From the NCBI GenBank assembly GCA_963706595.1, contig OY970166.1, forward strand, positions 3,744,001-3,808,000: a DNA stretch of 64,000 nt, written 5' to 3'. Position numbers and translations under genes: made by a program. The stretch's first letter is position 1, and every line of letters begins with the position of its first letter. Shown in pieces: positions 41,975 through 53,265 of the stretch. Source of the DNA: an uncultured cyanobacterium (GTDB lineage Bacteria > Cyanobacteriota > Cyanobacteriia > Cyanobacteriales > Nostocaceae). The notes under the pieces were generated by a model, which was given only the letters and a program-made list of their open reading frames with translations, was not told where the DNA came from and did no database searches.

Positions 41975-44356
41975 ATGACCGCCACATCCCCGACTCCCTT
42001 TTCCCCGCAAGAAATCGCCGCCGAAGGTTTAAAACCAGAAGAATATGCAGAAATTGTCAACCGCTTAGGGCGACATCCCAACAAAGCTGAACTGGGAATG
42101 TTTGGGGTGATGTGGTCTGAACATTGCTGTTATAAAAATTCCCGCCCATTACTCAAACAATTTCCCACCACAGGTCCCCGCATCCTCGTTGGCCCTGGTG
42201 AAAATGCTGGAGTTGTGGACATAGGCGACGGACGACAATTAGCATTTAAAATTGAATCTCATAACCACCCCTCAGCCGTTGAACCTTTCCAAGGCGCAGC
42301 TACTGGTGTGGGCGGGATTCTCAGAGATATCTTTACAATGGGGGCGCGTCCCATTGCTTTATTAAATTCTTTACGTTTCGGTGATTTAGACGACCCCAAA
42401 ACCCAAAGATTGTTTACAGGTGTTGTCGCGGGAATCTCCCATTATGGTAATTGCGTTGGGGTTCCTACTGTGGGCGGTGAAGTTTACTTTGACAAAGCTT
42501 ACTCCGGAAATCCCTTAGTCAACGTGATGGCGCTGGGATTGATGGAAACGCCAGAAATTGTTAAATCGGGGGCTTCTGGTTTCGGGAATCCGGTGCTGTA
42601 TGTCGGTTCTACCACCGGACGCGATGGCATGGGAGGGGCAAGTTTTGCTAGTACCGAATTAAGTGAACAGTCACTAGATAACCGTCCCGCAGTGCAAGTA
42701 GGCGACCCATTTATAGAAAAGTCTTTAATTGAAGCTTGTTTAGAAGCGTTTAAAACTGGTGCTGTGGTCGCCGCCCAAGATATGGGTGCTGCTGGTATCA
42801 CCTGTTCGACATCAGAGATGGCGGCTAAAGGTGGTGTGGGGATTGAATTCGATTTAGATAAAATTCCGGTGCGGGAAACAGGAATGGTTCCCTATGAATA
42901 CTTGCTTTCGGAATCTCAAGAAAGAATGCTATTTGTCGCCCACAAGGGGCGCGAACAAGAGCTAATTGATATTTTTGAACGTTGGGGACTTCATGCTGTG
43001 GTTGCGGGTACGGTGATTGCTGAACCCATTGTGCGGATTTTCTTCCAGGGTAAAATAGCCGCAGAAATTCCGGCTGAGGCTTTGGCGGAAAATACCCCCC
43101 TTTATGAACGGGAATTGTTGGCGGAACCACCAGAATATGCCCGTGAAGCTTGGAAATGGTCGCCTGATTCTTTACCTGTTTGCACAACCTCTGGGATTGA
43201 AATTCAAGGAAAATTGCAATCTTGGGATGATATTCTGTTAACTTTGCTCGATACGCCGACAATCGCTTCTAAAAGTTGGGTCTATCGCCAATATGACCAT
43301 CAAGTTCAGAATAATACTGTGATTTTACCCGGTGGTGCTGATGCGGCGGTGGTGCGGTTACGTCCCTTGGAAAAAAATCAAAATGAAACTTCAGAACCTG
43401 AAACTTTTACAACAGGGGTGGCGGCGACTGTAGACTGTAATCCTCGTTATGTTTATCTTGACCCTTATGAGGGAGCAAAAGCAGTTGTAGCAGAAGCGGC
43501 TCGCAATCTCAGCTGTGTTGGTGCTGAACCTTTAGCAGTGACGGATAATCTCAATTTTGGCAGTCCAGAAAAACCCATTGGTTATTGGCAATTAGCTGAG
43601 GCTTGTCGGGGTTTGTCTGAAGGTTGTTTGGAATTGGCTACACCAGTTACAGGCGGGAATGTCTCTCTGTACAATGAAACTTTTGATTCTGAAGGTAATC
43701 CCCAACCAATTTATCCGACTCCGGTTGTGGGGATGGTGGGATTGATTCCCGATTTAACCAAAATTTGTGGTCAAGGTTGGCAAGCCGCAGGTGATTTAAT
43801 TTATCTTTTGGGTTTACCTCTGTCATCCCCCCTTAGTTTGGGTGCATCTGAGTATTTAGCCACTATCCACAATACTGTGGCTGGTAAGCCTCCACGGGTA
43901 GATTTTGATTTGGAACGTCGTGTACAGCAAGTTTGCCGTGACGGGATTCGTGCGGGTTGGATACGTTCCGCCCATGATTCTGCTGAGGGAGGAATAGCTG
44001 TTGCTTTGGCGGAATCTTGCCTTTCTGGTCAGTTAGGCGCGGAAATTAACATAGAAATTTCTGAAAACCAGTTAAATCGTCTGGATGAGGTGCTGTTTGG
44101 TGAGGGTGGGGCGAGAATTTTAGTTTCTGTTACACCATCAGAACAGAAAAATTGGGAATCCTACTTACAGGAGCATTTGGCAGAAAATTGGCAAAAGCTG
44201 GGTATGGTGGGGAATTCGGGCAATTCTGAAGCAGGTCTGGCAATTTTAACTTCCGATAACCAAACCTTAATCAAAGTTAGTATAGAACAAATGAGCGATC
44301 GCTATTTCCACGCGATCTCCAACCGTCTTGCGAACCCAACTAATACTCCCAATTAA
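41975..44356 (+). CDS. purL: Phosphoribosylformylglycinamidine synthase subunit PurL
   Basis: [30 protein letters not shown]. Confidence 0.99.
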   Translation: MTATSPTPFSPQEIAAEGLKPEEYAEIVNRLGRHPNKAELGMFGVMWSEHCCYKNSRPLLKQFPTTGPRILVGPGENAGVVDIGDGRQLAFKIESHNHPSAVEPFQGAATGVGGILRDIFTMGARPIALLNSLRFGDLDDPKTQRLFTGVVAGISHYGNCVGVPTVGGEVYFDKAYSGNPLVNVMALGLMETPEIVKSGASGFGNPVLYVGSTTGRDGMGGASFASTELSEQSLDNRPAVQVGDPFIEKSLIEACLEAFKTGAVVAAQDMGAAGITCSTSEMAAKGGVGIEFDLDKIPVRETGMVPYEYLLSESQERMLFVAHKGREQELIDIFERWGLHAVVAGTVIAEPIVRIFFQGKIAAEIPAEALAENTPLYERELLAEPPEYAREAWKWSPDSLPVCTTSGIEIQGKLQSWDDILLTLLDTPTIASKSWVYRQYDHQVQNNTVILPGGADAAVVRLRPLEKNQNETSEPETFTTGVAATVDCNPRYVYLDPYEGAKAVVAEAARNLSCVGAEPLAVTDNLNFGSPEKPIGYWQLAEACRGLSEGCLELATPVTGGNVSLYNETFDSEGNPQPIYPTPVVGMVGLIPDLTKICGQGWQAAGDLIYLLGLPLSSPLSLGASEYLATIHNTVAGKPPRVDFDLERRVQQVCRDGIRAGWIRSAHDSAEGGIAVALAESCLSGQLGAEINIEISENQLNRLDEVLFGEGGARILVSVTPSEQKNWESYLQEHLAENWQKLGMVGNSGNSEAGLAILTSDNQTLIKVSIEQMSDRYFHAISNRLANPTNTPN

Positions 44357-44612
44357 TTTTTTCCATCCCCTATACCGGGATAATTAACATCTCTGAGCAT
44401 AATTACGGTAATGTTTTAATAGATGGTTAACGATTCGTTAAGAATTCGGCAACTATCGAGCGACATATCCCTAGTGACCAAATAATTACTAATTCGTAGT
44501 TTGTCATTCGTAATTAATTCCAGATCAGAATGTCGCACAACTCACTCAATTTATTGATGGGTAAAAATTACGGTTTATTCTGACTTGACACCCAAACCAG
44601 GAGCAATAGCTA

Positions 44613-46133
44613 ATGATTCCCATCCATTCCGTCACTACGGCTACGCCACTCAAGCTATCGGATGAATACCCCAATCAGGAGACCAACCCAATTAATAGTC
44701 ATGAACATCGCTCAGACAAGCCTGAAGAAGCTTGTGGTGTTTTTGGCATCTACGCACCAGAAGCAGATGTTGCAAAAATGACCTACTTTGGATTGTATGC
44801 CCTCCAACATCGGGGTCAAGAATCAGCTGGAATTGCGACGTTTGAGGATGCAAAAGTACATCTGCATAAAGACATGGGTTTGGTGTCTCAAGTCTTTAAT
44901 GAATCGGTTTTGGAGCATTTGCCGGGAAATATCGCTGTTGGCCACACTCGTTATTCCACCACTGGTTCCAGCCGCAGAGATAATGCCCAACCTGCTGTGG
45001 TGGAAACTCGACTTGGTTCATTAGCTCTAGCACACAATGGTAATTTAGTCAATACTCTCCAATTACGCGAAGAGTTAGTGGAGACCAAAGTTAGTTTAGT
45101 CACCACTACAGACTCAGAAATGATTGCGTTTGCGATCGCGGAAGCTGTCAACGCTGGTGCAGATTGGCTAGAAGGTTCTATTCAAGCGTTTCATCGTTGC
45201 GAAGGCGCTTTTAGTTTAGTGATTGGTACTCCCGCAGGCGTGATGGGTGTCCGCGATCCTAATGGTATCCGCCCCTTAGTCATTGGGACTTTACCCGGTA
45301 ATCCAATTCGTTACGTCTTGGCTTCAGAAACTTGTGGTTTAGATATCATTGGAGCCGAATACTTACGAGATGTAGAACCAGGAGAGTTAGTTTGGATTAC
45401 TGAAGCAGGTTTAGCTTCCTACCATTGGATTCAAAAGCCTGAGCGCAAGTTGTGTATTTTTGAGATGATTTACTTTGCTCGTCCTGATAGCATCATGCAC
45501 AATGAAAGTTTATACACCTATCGCATGAGATTAGGGCGACGCATAGCCGCAGAATCGGCTGTAGATGCTGATATTGTCTTTGGTGTTCCTGATTCGGGAA
45601 TCCCGGCGGCCATTGGCTTTTCTCAAGCTTCTGGTATACCTTACGCAGAAGGATTGATTAAAAATCGCTATGTAGGGCGAACTTTTATTCAGCCGACACA
45701 ATCCATGCGCGAAACTGGGATTCGGATGAAACTCAACCCCCTCAAAGATGTGCTGCTGGGTAAACGCGTGATTATTGTGGATGATTCCATTGTTCGGGGT
45801 ACAACGAGCCGAAAGCTGGTTAAAGCCTTGCGTGAAGCTGGTGCGACAGAAGTACACATGAGAATTTCTTCTCCTCCAGTTACACACCCCTGCTTTTACG
45901 GTATCGATACAGATAGTCAAGATCATCTAATAGCTGCTACCAAGTCAGTTGCAGAAATTGCCGAGCAGTTGGAAGTAGATAGTCTTGCTTATCTCAGTTG
46001 GGAAGGAATGCTACAAGAAACGCAGGAAGATACTAATAGTTTCTGTTCAGCTTGCTTTACTGGGGATTATCCTGTAGCTATTCCTGAACAAGTGAAGCGT
46101 TCTAAGCTGATTTTGGAAAAGGTTGTGGTTTAG
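44613..46133 (+). CDS. purF: Amidophosphoribosyltransferase
   Basis: CGVFG, LQHRGQESAG, GHTRYST, VDDSIVRGTT. Confidence 0.99.
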   Translation: MIPIHSVTTATPLKLSDEYPNQETNPINSHEHRSDKPEEACGVFGIYAPEADVAKMTYFGLYALQHRGQESAGIATFEDAKVHLHKDMGLVSQVFNESVLEHLPGNIAVGHTRYSTTGSSRRDNAQPAVVETRLGSLALAHNGNLVNTLQLREELVETKVSLVTTTDSEMIAFAIAEAVNAGADWLEGSIQAFHRCEGAFSLVIGTPAGVMGVRDPNGIRPLVIGTLPGNPIRYVLASETCGLDIIGAEYLRDVEPGELVWITEAGLASYHWIQKPERKLCIFEMIYFARPDSIMHNESLYTYRMRLGRRIAAESAVDADIVFGVPDSGIPAAIGFSQASGIPYAEGLIKNRYVGRTFIQPTQSMRETGIRMKLNPLKDVLLGKRVIIVDDSIVRGTTSRKLVKALREAGATEVHMRISSPPVTHPCFYGIDTDSQDHLIAATKSVAEIAEQLEVDSLAYLSWEGMLQETQEDTNSFCSACFTGDYPVAIPEQVKRSKLILEKVVV

Positions 46134-46396
46134 TAATTAGAAAAATTTTAATTCAGGGGCGGGCAAGATGTCCACCCCTGATAAATAGCAGTCAAGATGT
46201 CTAGCCTTTGAATTTGGGATTTTAGCTTGACCAAATAATTACCAATCACAGCACGTCTCATCTGAACCAAAACCAAAAGGGTGGGAATCTTGACCCACCC
46301 CAGAAAAATCAAAATATTAAGATGTGTACTTCATGTACTTGCAAAGGTTGTAAATAGAACTGTTATAGTAATTTAATCCTATTTCATCCAGCAATT

Positions 46397-47383
46397 ATGG
46401 TAGTTAATAAATTTTTTAAAGATATCATTGTTAAACTACTTACTGGAATTTCAGAACCTGACTATGCTAGGCTGGCTAGTCAATTAACTTTAGCAGATGC
46501 GATCGCTAAAATTGACTCGCTTTTTGGTTGCGATCTTGTATTACAAGAATTCAATTCAGATTTCACCATACCTTACTATACCCAGAGTGAGCGGGGTTAT
46601 CAAATCTATCACTCTGGGGATGCTATGCACATGGCATTGAATCCTGATGGTGTATTTCATCCAGATGGTTACTATGGTCAACCGCGAGTAGTTGCCGAAC
46701 AAATGCGTCAAATTGATGCCAAAAATGTTTTAGAATTAGGATGTGGCAAAGGATTTAATAGTCGTTTTTTAGCGGAACAGTATCCAGAAGTAAACTTCAC
46801 TGGAATTGATTTAACTCCATCGCATATTAAAATAGCAGGTCGCAAAGCAAATAAATTCTCTAACCTATGTTTTGAAGAAGGTAACTTTAATAAATTAAAC
46901 TTTTCAGACCAATCTTTTGATATTGTTTTTGGTTTTGAGTGTTTATGTCATGCTTCTCAAGCGGAAATTCCACTGGCAGAAATTTTTCGTGTGCTGCGTC
47001 CTGGTGGACAATTAATTGTATTCGACGGCTATCGTCAAATCGAGCTTGAAAAACTCCCTGAGTTACTTCAAACCGCAGCTCAACTTGTAGAAGTATCAAT
47101 GGCAGTTCGTCATGGATTTTCAGAGATTGATGATTGGCAGAAAATCGCACAATCAATTGGTTTTCGATTTCAAACTATTGAAGATATTTCCTTTGCAGTT
47201 AAGCCTAGTTTATCAAGATTACAAAAATTGTCTTTGCAAGTTTTTTCCTTACCTTGGAAGCTAAAAATACTTACTTATCTGTTGCCTAAATATTTAGTGA
47301 GAAATTCAATTGCTGGTCTTTTAATGCCTTTGACTGAAGACGCTCTGGGATATTACAAAATGATTTTAGAGCGTCCCTTATAA
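46397..47383 (+). CDS. Class I SAM-dependent methyltransferase
   Basis: VLELGCGKG, GIDL, FDIV, RVLRPGG. Confidence 0.9.
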   Translation: MVVNKFFKDIIVKLLTGISEPDYARLASQLTLADAIAKIDSLFGCDLVLQEFNSDFTIPYYTQSERGYQIYHSGDAMHMALNPDGVFHPDGYYGQPRVVAEQMRQIDAKNVLELGCGKGFNSRFLAEQYPEVNFTGIDLTPSHIKIAGRKANKFSNLCFEEGNFNKLNFSDQSFDIVFGFECLCHASQAEIPLAEIFRVLRPGGQLIVFDGYRQIELEKLPELLQTAAQLVEVSMAVRHGFSEIDDWQKIAQSIGFRFQTIEDISFAVKPSLSRLQKLSLQVFSLPWKLKILTYLLPKYLVRNSIAGLLMPLTEDALGYYKMILERPL

Positions 47384-47410
47384 GCATAAAAACAATGTCA
47401 ACTATGCTGC

Positions 47411-48858
47411 TTGACATCCTCCCCACCCTACTTCGTAGAGGGTGGGGATTCCAAGAATCACTCCTTGGGTTTCCTCTTTCCACGACCCGACTTACTTGAA
47501 GGAGTTTCCCCACCCAAGCAGAGGTCGATGTCTCCAGAGGCGTTAGTTCCGACGTGACCCGCCGTACTTAATGCTTTTTCTAATATGTTCCGCGCCGCGT
47601 TCCAGTCACGATCTTGGGTATGCCCACAGTGAGGACATATATGAGTTCTGGTACTAAGAGTCTTCTTGACAACCTCGCCACAGTTAGAGCAATTCTGCGA
47701 AGTGTAATGAGGTGGAACTGCAACTGTTACCACACCAAACACTTTGCCAAAATACTCAACCCATTCACGAAACAGCGACCACGAAACGTCACTAATAGAC
47801 TTAGCCAAGCGATGATTCTTGACCATATTCCGCACCATCAAATCTTCATACGCCACGAGGTCGTTAGACCTCACCACGCACCTTGCTGTCTTAACAGCAA
47901 AGTCTTTACGCTGGCGACTTACTTTGAGGTGTTTACGAGCAAGTTTATTTCTAAACTTAACTCTGTTTTTAGAACCTTTTTTGGTCTTAGAGAAACGACG
48001 TTGCAACCGTTTCAAAGACTTCTCGCTTTTACGCAGGTGTCTAGGATTAGCGATTGTTTCCCCGTTACTATCGGTGTAGAAGTGGTTCAGTCCAACATCA
48101 ATACCAATAGTTTTACCCGTTGGTTCTCGCCTTTCTACTCGTTCATGGTCAATGCAAAATTGGGCATAGTACCCATCGGCACGCCGCACAACCCGCACTC
48201 TTTTGAACTGTTTAAGTTGGTAGAAATGCAGGTCACGGGTTCCCCAAAGTTTGAAGGTTCCTGCTTTAAATCCGTCACTAAAGGTGATGTACCTGCGGTC
48301 ATCAGAAAGTTTCCATCCACAGGTTTTGTACTCAACAGAACCGTGGGTAAGTTCTTTCTTAAACTTTGGAAATCCTTTTTTCCCTGGTCTACCTTTTTTA
48401 CAGTTGTCAAAAAATCGAGCGATTGCAGACCACGCTCTTTCAGCACTAGCTTGTCTTGCCATTGAATTGAGCTTGGATACCCAAGGAAACTCAATATTAT
48501 TTGCAAGTACAGCGCAAAATTTATTTAGGTCATAGCGTCCAATGCCCTTATTATCCATCCAGTATCTCAGGCAACTATTACGAACAAAACGCGCAGTTCT
48601 AATTGCTTCATCAAGCAATCGATACTGCTCGTCAAGTCCTTCAAGTTTTGCCTCAAATACAATCATTTATGTCTAGTATTGGTACATAAATAATATATCA
48701 TGATTGTCAAAAACTCAACTACCTTCTTCCCTAATTTCGCTTACGCTCAATTTTGGTCAGAAGGTGTTTCGTTTTTGACCGCTTTACATCCCCTGCCTAC
48801 GTTCGCGTAGCGTCTCCCCTTGGGAGAAGCGTTGAGGCAGGGGTATTACAGCGATTTG
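47411..48858 (-). mobile_element. IS200/IS605-family TnpB-only element inserted 3' of TTTAT
   Basis: Left end CAAATCG with CCCCTGCC/GGCAGGGG hairpin; right end hairpin CCCCACCCT/AGGGTGGGG then GATGTCAA; removal restores host ORF. Confidence 0.88.
47458..48666 (-). CDS. tnpB: RNA-guided endonuclease TnpB family protein
   Basis: GIDVGL, AYEDL, DRDWNAA, TSQNCSNC, CPHC. Confidence 0.96.
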   Translation of the reverse strand: MIVFEAKLEGLDEQYRLLDEAIRTARFVRNSCLRYWMDNKGIGRYDLNKFCAVLANNIEFPWVSKLNSMARQASAERAWSAIARFFDNCKKGRPGKKGFPKFKKELTHGSVEYKTCGWKLSDDRRYITFSDGFKAGTFKLWGTRDLHFYQLKQFKRVRVVRRADGYYAQFCIDHERVERREPTGKTIGIDVGLNHFYTDSNGETIANPRHLRKSEKSLKRLQRRFSKTKKGSKNRVKFRNKLARKHLKVSRQRKDFAVKTARCVVRSNDLVAYEDLMVRNMVKNHRLAKSISDVSWSLFREWVEYFGKVFGVVTVAVPPHYTSQNCSNCGEVVKKTLSTRTHICPHCGHTQDRDWNAARNILEKALSTAGHVGTNASGDIDLCLGGETPSSKSGRGKRKPKE

Positions 48859-49133
48859 ATAAACTCTACTTTGGGCAATAAAGGATCTGTAACAACTCCT
48901 ACACCACTAAAACCCCAACGTTTGAGCAAGTTTCCCAACTGTGTACCGGGAATTGATTCTACAGCGAAGCGGTTGGCTAATTCACCTGCATGAGTGTTGA
49001 GATAACTTAAAGCATCAAAGTTTTCCCGAAACAGCAATAAATAACCGGAAGTTTCAGGATTAGGATGGGCTAGGAGATAACGACCGTCAGCTTGCGATCG
49101 CACTATATAATAAATTTCAGAAAACATACTCAA
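48846..49133 (-). CDS. Conserved hypothetical protein; last codons supplied by the IS left end
   Basis: 95-aa ORF immediately after permease gene; ends EFIKSL* inside the element. Confidence 0.8.
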   Translation of the reverse strand: MSMFSEIYYIVRSQADGRYLLAHPNPETSGYLLLFRENFDALSYLNTHAGELANRFAVESIPGTQLGNLLKRWGFSGVGVVTDPLLPKVEFIKSL

Positions 49134-50174
49134 TTAAGAATCCAAACGAATTCGGGGGTCGGCGACCTTCAACAGCAAGTCTGCTAATAAATTACCGATA
49201 TTTAGCAACACGGCACTCATTACGAGGCTAGCCATGACTAAATACTGGTCTTTTGCCATTACCGCCTGCAAAGTCAATCTGCCTAAACCAGGCCAATTAA
49301 AAAATTGTTCAGCGATGAATGCACCACCAAATAAACCCGCCAATTCAAAGCCTAACAAAGTAATTAATGGATTTATAGCATTGCGGAGCGCGTGAAGGTA
49401 AATCACCCGATTTTCTGGTAGTCCCTTAGCACGAGCCGTTTGGATATAATCTTGACGCAGAACATCCAACAATTCACCGCGAGTAATTCTTTGCAAACCA
49501 GCAAAGCTAGTGATGCTTAAGGCAATCGTGGGTAAAATCATGTGCCAGCCGACATCAATAATTTTACCAAACCAAGAGAAATCAGCATGATTGATGCTTG
49601 TCATCCCACCCACCGGGAATAAAGGTGAGGTGATTTGAGCAAATATGAGCAGAAATAAGGCAGTGATGAAACTGGGAAATCCTTGTCCGGTGTAGCTAAT
49701 CACCTGTAAAATCCGGTCAGTGGCTTGATTTTGTTTCACAGCCGCGAGAATTCCCAAGGGAATGGCGATCGCCCAGGTGCAAAATAAAGAGGCGATCGCT
49801 AAAAGCAAAGTTGCTGGTATCCGTTCCCACAACAGAGAAGCTACTGAACGTTGGTAAACAAAACTCGTGCCGAAATCTCCGTGTCTCAAAATTCGCCATA
49901 ACCATAGCCCAAATTGTTCTGGCCAAGATTTAGTCAGACCAAACTGTTCCCTTAATTCCTCAATTCGTTCTGGCGAAATTGTCGGATTTTGCCGCAGGGT
50001 ATCTACATAATCCCCTGGAGATAGTTTCATGATAAAAAACGACAGCGCCGTTGCCAATAACAAAGTGAACAGTGCTTGGAATATCCGTTTCACCACATAA
50101 AAAAACGTTTCGTTCGTGACTAGCCCGATCAGCCAATCTCGACCTGTCTCCAAGGAAATTTTCGTAGAAGTCAT
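49134..50174 (-). CDS. Peptide/nickel ABC transporter permease (OppB/DppB type)
   Basis: GDFGTS, DYIQTARAKGL, HALRNA, FNWPGLG. Confidence 0.93.
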   Translation of the reverse strand: MTSTKISLETGRDWLIGLVTNETFFYVVKRIFQALFTLLLATALSFFIMKLSPGDYVDTLRQNPTISPERIEELREQFGLTKSWPEQFGLWLWRILRHGDFGTSFVYQRSVASLLWERIPATLLLAIASLFCTWAIAIPLGILAAVKQNQATDRILQVISYTGQGFPSFITALFLLIFAQITSPLFPVGGMTSINHADFSWFGKIIDVGWHMILPTIALSITSFAGLQRITRGELLDVLRQDYIQTARAKGLPENRVIYLHALRNAINPLITLLGFELAGLFGGAFIAEQFFNWPGLGRLTLQAVMAKDQYLVMASLVMSAVLLNIGNLLADLLLKVADPRIRLDS

Positions 50175-50180
50175 AGCAGT

Positions 50181-50226
50181 TTAGTCATTAGTCATTAGTC
50201 ATTGGTCATTAGTCATTAGTCATTTG
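50181..50226. repeat. STRR (GTCATTA/G)n
   Basis: Tandem heptamers upstream of permease start. Confidence 0.85.
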
Positions 50227-50428
50227 ATCAATATAATCAGCTAAAACACATCTACTTTGCTCCCATCAGATTCAGTAAATATCTTGTGGGATGGGCATAC
50301 TATGGCTAACGCCACGCTACGCTGTAAGCGCAGCTATGCCGTAGGCTTTACGACAAGCTTAGTACAAGTCTTGCCCGTCTTCATGATAAAAGTTAAATGA
50401 GGAACAGCCGAAAATAAAGCCCGCCTGA

Positions 50429-50947
50429 CTAGTATTCAATTAAGGAAATAATCGGCACATCTGGTAAACGTTTACGTCCTTGTAAATCCTGTAGCTCGAT
50501 AATAAACCCAAACCCTACAAGTTCGCAGCCAATGTTCTGCACCAACTTTGCCGTTGCATTGGCTGTACCACCTGTAGCAATCAAATCATCCACGATTAAA
50601 ACCCGGCTATTTGGATGTAAAGCGTCTTGATGCATTTCCAAACAGTCTGTACCATACTCTAATTCATATTCAATTGAATGCACTGCTGCTGGTAATTTTC
50701 CCCGTTTCCGAACAGGAATAAAACCTGCGCCTAATTTGTAAGCTAAGGGAGGTCCAAAAATGAACCCACGGGATTCCATACCCACAACATAATCCGGCTG
50801 GAATCCAGATTCGATGCATTTTTCGGTGAAAAAGTCAATAGTGTAGCGTAATCCCTCTGGATCGCGCAGTAAAGTAGTTATATCCCGAAATAAAATGCCG
50901 GGTTTGGGAAAATCTGGGATGTCGCGAATGAGAGACTTTAAATCCAT
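50429..50947 (-). CDS. apt: Adenine phosphoribosyltransferase
   Basis: [34 protein letters not shown]. Confidence 0.98.
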   Translation of the reverse strand: MDLKSLIRDIPDFPKPGILFRDITTLLRDPEGLRYTIDFFTEKCIESGFQPDYVVGMESRGFIFGPPLAYKLGAGFIPVRKRGKLPAAVHSIEYELEYGTDCLEMHQDALHPNSRVLIVDDLIATGGTANATAKLVQNIGCELVGFGFIIELQDLQGRKRLPDVPIISLIEY

Positions 50948-51351
50948 AAATATGAGGGAATAGGAGTAAGGAGTAGGCTTGCCGTGAGCGTAGCCGAATG
51001 GGAGTAGGGCAAAAAAACTACGAAATCCCCAGTCCTGAGTAACTGAGAAATCCTACACTATAATGTCATACGCTGGGGATTAAGGCTCAAATTTAACAAT
51101 CCATTGACGATACCTAAAATCTACACCAATCTAAAGATAAGCTTGTATTTACAACCCACAGAAGGTAAACAGATGCTGTGAAAATTTAAATTTAAGTATA
51201 CGTAACCATTTGAGTAGAACAAGTAATTAATGTATATATTAGGTAGTATTACTACTGCCACCAGTCTCATTTTCTTGTTTAATTACTTATCTTAAATTAG
51301 TTTTACTAGTTTTATTTAGTCTGTTTAGAACTGCACAAGGTATTTTATAGA

Positions 51352-51978
51352 ATGAATGTCTCAGCCAGCTTAAAGCCATTGAATAGTCCAATCCCCCCAT
51401 CCTTGCCGATGATTCTGGATAGTTTACCAGACCCTGCGATCGCCGCACAGGGTTGTCCCGCTAGAACCCGGCTGCAAGTTGATCTAATTTTACTGGCGAT
51501 TGAAGCTTTAGAGCTTGGCGGTTCTGAAGCTATTCTGGCTTTTGCGGACGAGTTGGAACTCAAAGGAATTATTAAAAACCGGGTAAACTTATGGCGAATG
51601 CGTAGCTCTAACCCCATGCGAAGAGCGCATATCCGCCGTCCCTTAACTATCATGGAGGCAAAAGCCTTAGTCGTAATTGCTAGCTACATAGCCCGGCGTT
51701 TAACCGTTGTCATCCGCCAGATGTTGATGACCTATCAGCAAATGAGTGATAAGCAGATCCCTTTAGCTCAAAATTTGCGCCTATCTAATTATCTAGAGCG
51801 ATTTCGAGTCCATTTCAAAAGTCGGATGAATTCCCGACGTTCTAGTGTAATCGCCTTAAGTTCGGATGAAAAATTAGATGAGCTAGCAATGAATTTGTTG
51901 GGACAATTACTATTTTGTACCGGCACATCTGGAATGCAGCGCTTTTGGATTAGTCTTTTTGACGGTGAAGTAGAATGA
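51352..51978 (+). CDS. DUF3038 family protein
   Basis: DLILLAIEAL, NRVNLWRMR, QRFWISLFDG. Confidence 0.8.
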   Translation: MNVSASLKPLNSPIPPSLPMILDSLPDPAIAAQGCPARTRLQVDLILLAIEALELGGSEAILAFADELELKGIIKNRVNLWRMRSSNPMRRAHIRRPLTIMEAKALVVIASYIARRLTVVIRQMLMTYQQMSDKQIPLAQNLRLSNYLERFRVHFKSRMNSRRSSVIALSSDEKLDELAMNLLGQLLFCTGTSGMQRFWISLFDGEVE

Positions 51979-53075
51979 ATATTCAACGTAAATACAGTTT
52001 ACCTAATTGTACGCTGCTATTAGAGGGTTTAAGTGATGCTGCCAAAGCTGCACACTACCAAGAAATGCGGCCAGAATTATCAATATTGGTCAATGCTGAA
52101 TGCCATGTATCTGGCTATAATCAGCCTCTAGAGGGCGGGCGGGAATTTTTTGAAAGCTTGGTGAGGGCTGTGAGTGGCTATGCTCAAGAATTTTTGAGTA
52201 ATGTGTCAAACCCACAAGCGCATAATCAAAACTCAGAATTAGTGGAGTTACAAAAAATAGCCACTAACCGACACAGGTTAATTATGCATCCTGAAATAGC
52301 TCCAGATGGTTTTGAGTCTAACCCCAACTCTCATAAATCATTGATTCAAATGGAATTGAACACGGTGCAGTTATTTGATCTAGTGGAAGCTGTGGATCAA
52401 TTTTTTGCTGACACCCAAACCTTACCAGAGTTGTCACTAGAATTACAGCCCGTTGCTAGACGTTACGGAGGTACTAGTCAAGCCTTACTCAAACAGGCAG
52501 TACCAGCAGGTATAGGAGTTTCAACTGTAGCAGTGGCCGCGATCGCTTTTAGCTTAATTCCACCCCCAGAAGTCCGCCCACCAGAGCCAAAGGTAGAAGA
52601 AGAGACTAGCTCGACAGCACCTAGTAGCAATTCTGCTGCACCAAAGACGATAACACCCCCAGAGGTAGAGAATTCCGCACCAACGCCTGTAGATTTGGTC
52701 ACTCCCGCCGCCGAGACAGGACCCAGAATTACAGATTTAGAGGCACTTTTAAATACAGTTACAGAAATTACTGATCGGGAGCAACTACGTGTTCTAAACA
52801 CCCTAGTTTATGAAAAAATTAATCCAGTTTGGAGTAATCGCTCAGGATTAACCCAAGATTTAGTCTATCGTGTGGGTGTAACCGCCGATGGTGCGATCGT
52901 TGGTTACAGAGCAGTGAATGAAGGCGCAAATAAAGAAATAGAATTAACTCCTCTGCCCAAACTGCTTTACAATCCTGCTAATCGTTCTCCCATCGCCAAT
53001 GAACCGATAGGTCAATTTAAAGTAGTTTTTACTGGAAACGGTGTCTTGCAAGTTAGCCCTTGGTGGGGATATTAG
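51975..53075 (+). CDS. DUF4335 family protein
   Basis: YSLPNCTLLLEGL, QLFDLVEAVDQF; overlaps upstream stop (ATGA). Confidence 0.8.
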   Translation: MNIQRKYSLPNCTLLLEGLSDAAKAAHYQEMRPELSILVNAECHVSGYNQPLEGGREFFESLVRAVSGYAQEFLSNVSNPQAHNQNSELVELQKIATNRHRLIMHPEIAPDGFESNPNSHKSLIQMELNTVQLFDLVEAVDQFFADTQTLPELSLELQPVARRYGGTSQALLKQAVPAGIGVSTVAVAAIAFSLIPPPEVRPPEPKVEEETSSTAPSSNSAAPKTITPPEVENSAPTPVDLVTPAAETGPRITDLEALLNTVTEITDREQLRVLNTLVYEKINPVWSNRSGLTQDLVYRVGVTADGAIVGYRAVNEGANKEIELTPLPKLLYNPANRSPIANEPIGQFKVVFTGNGVLQVSPWWGY

Positions 53076-53095
53076 TAATTGGAGACTAGGAGAAC

Positions 53096-53265
53096 AGGCA
53101 GGGGAGAAGAGGAACGGGGGCAGGGGGCAGGGTGCAGGGGAGAAGAGGAATGATTGCTAAGTAACCGGAAGTTTAAAGTAATTTCTTACTCCCCCTTGCT
53201 CCCTGCACCCCTGCCTCTTAACTCCCCCTTGCACCCTGCACCCTGCACCCCTACCTCTTCTTCCC
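53096..53265. repeat. Inverted STRR blocks between convergent genes
   Basis: (GGGGCAG/GGGTGCA)n facing (CCCTGCA)n, able to fold back. Confidence 0.75.
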
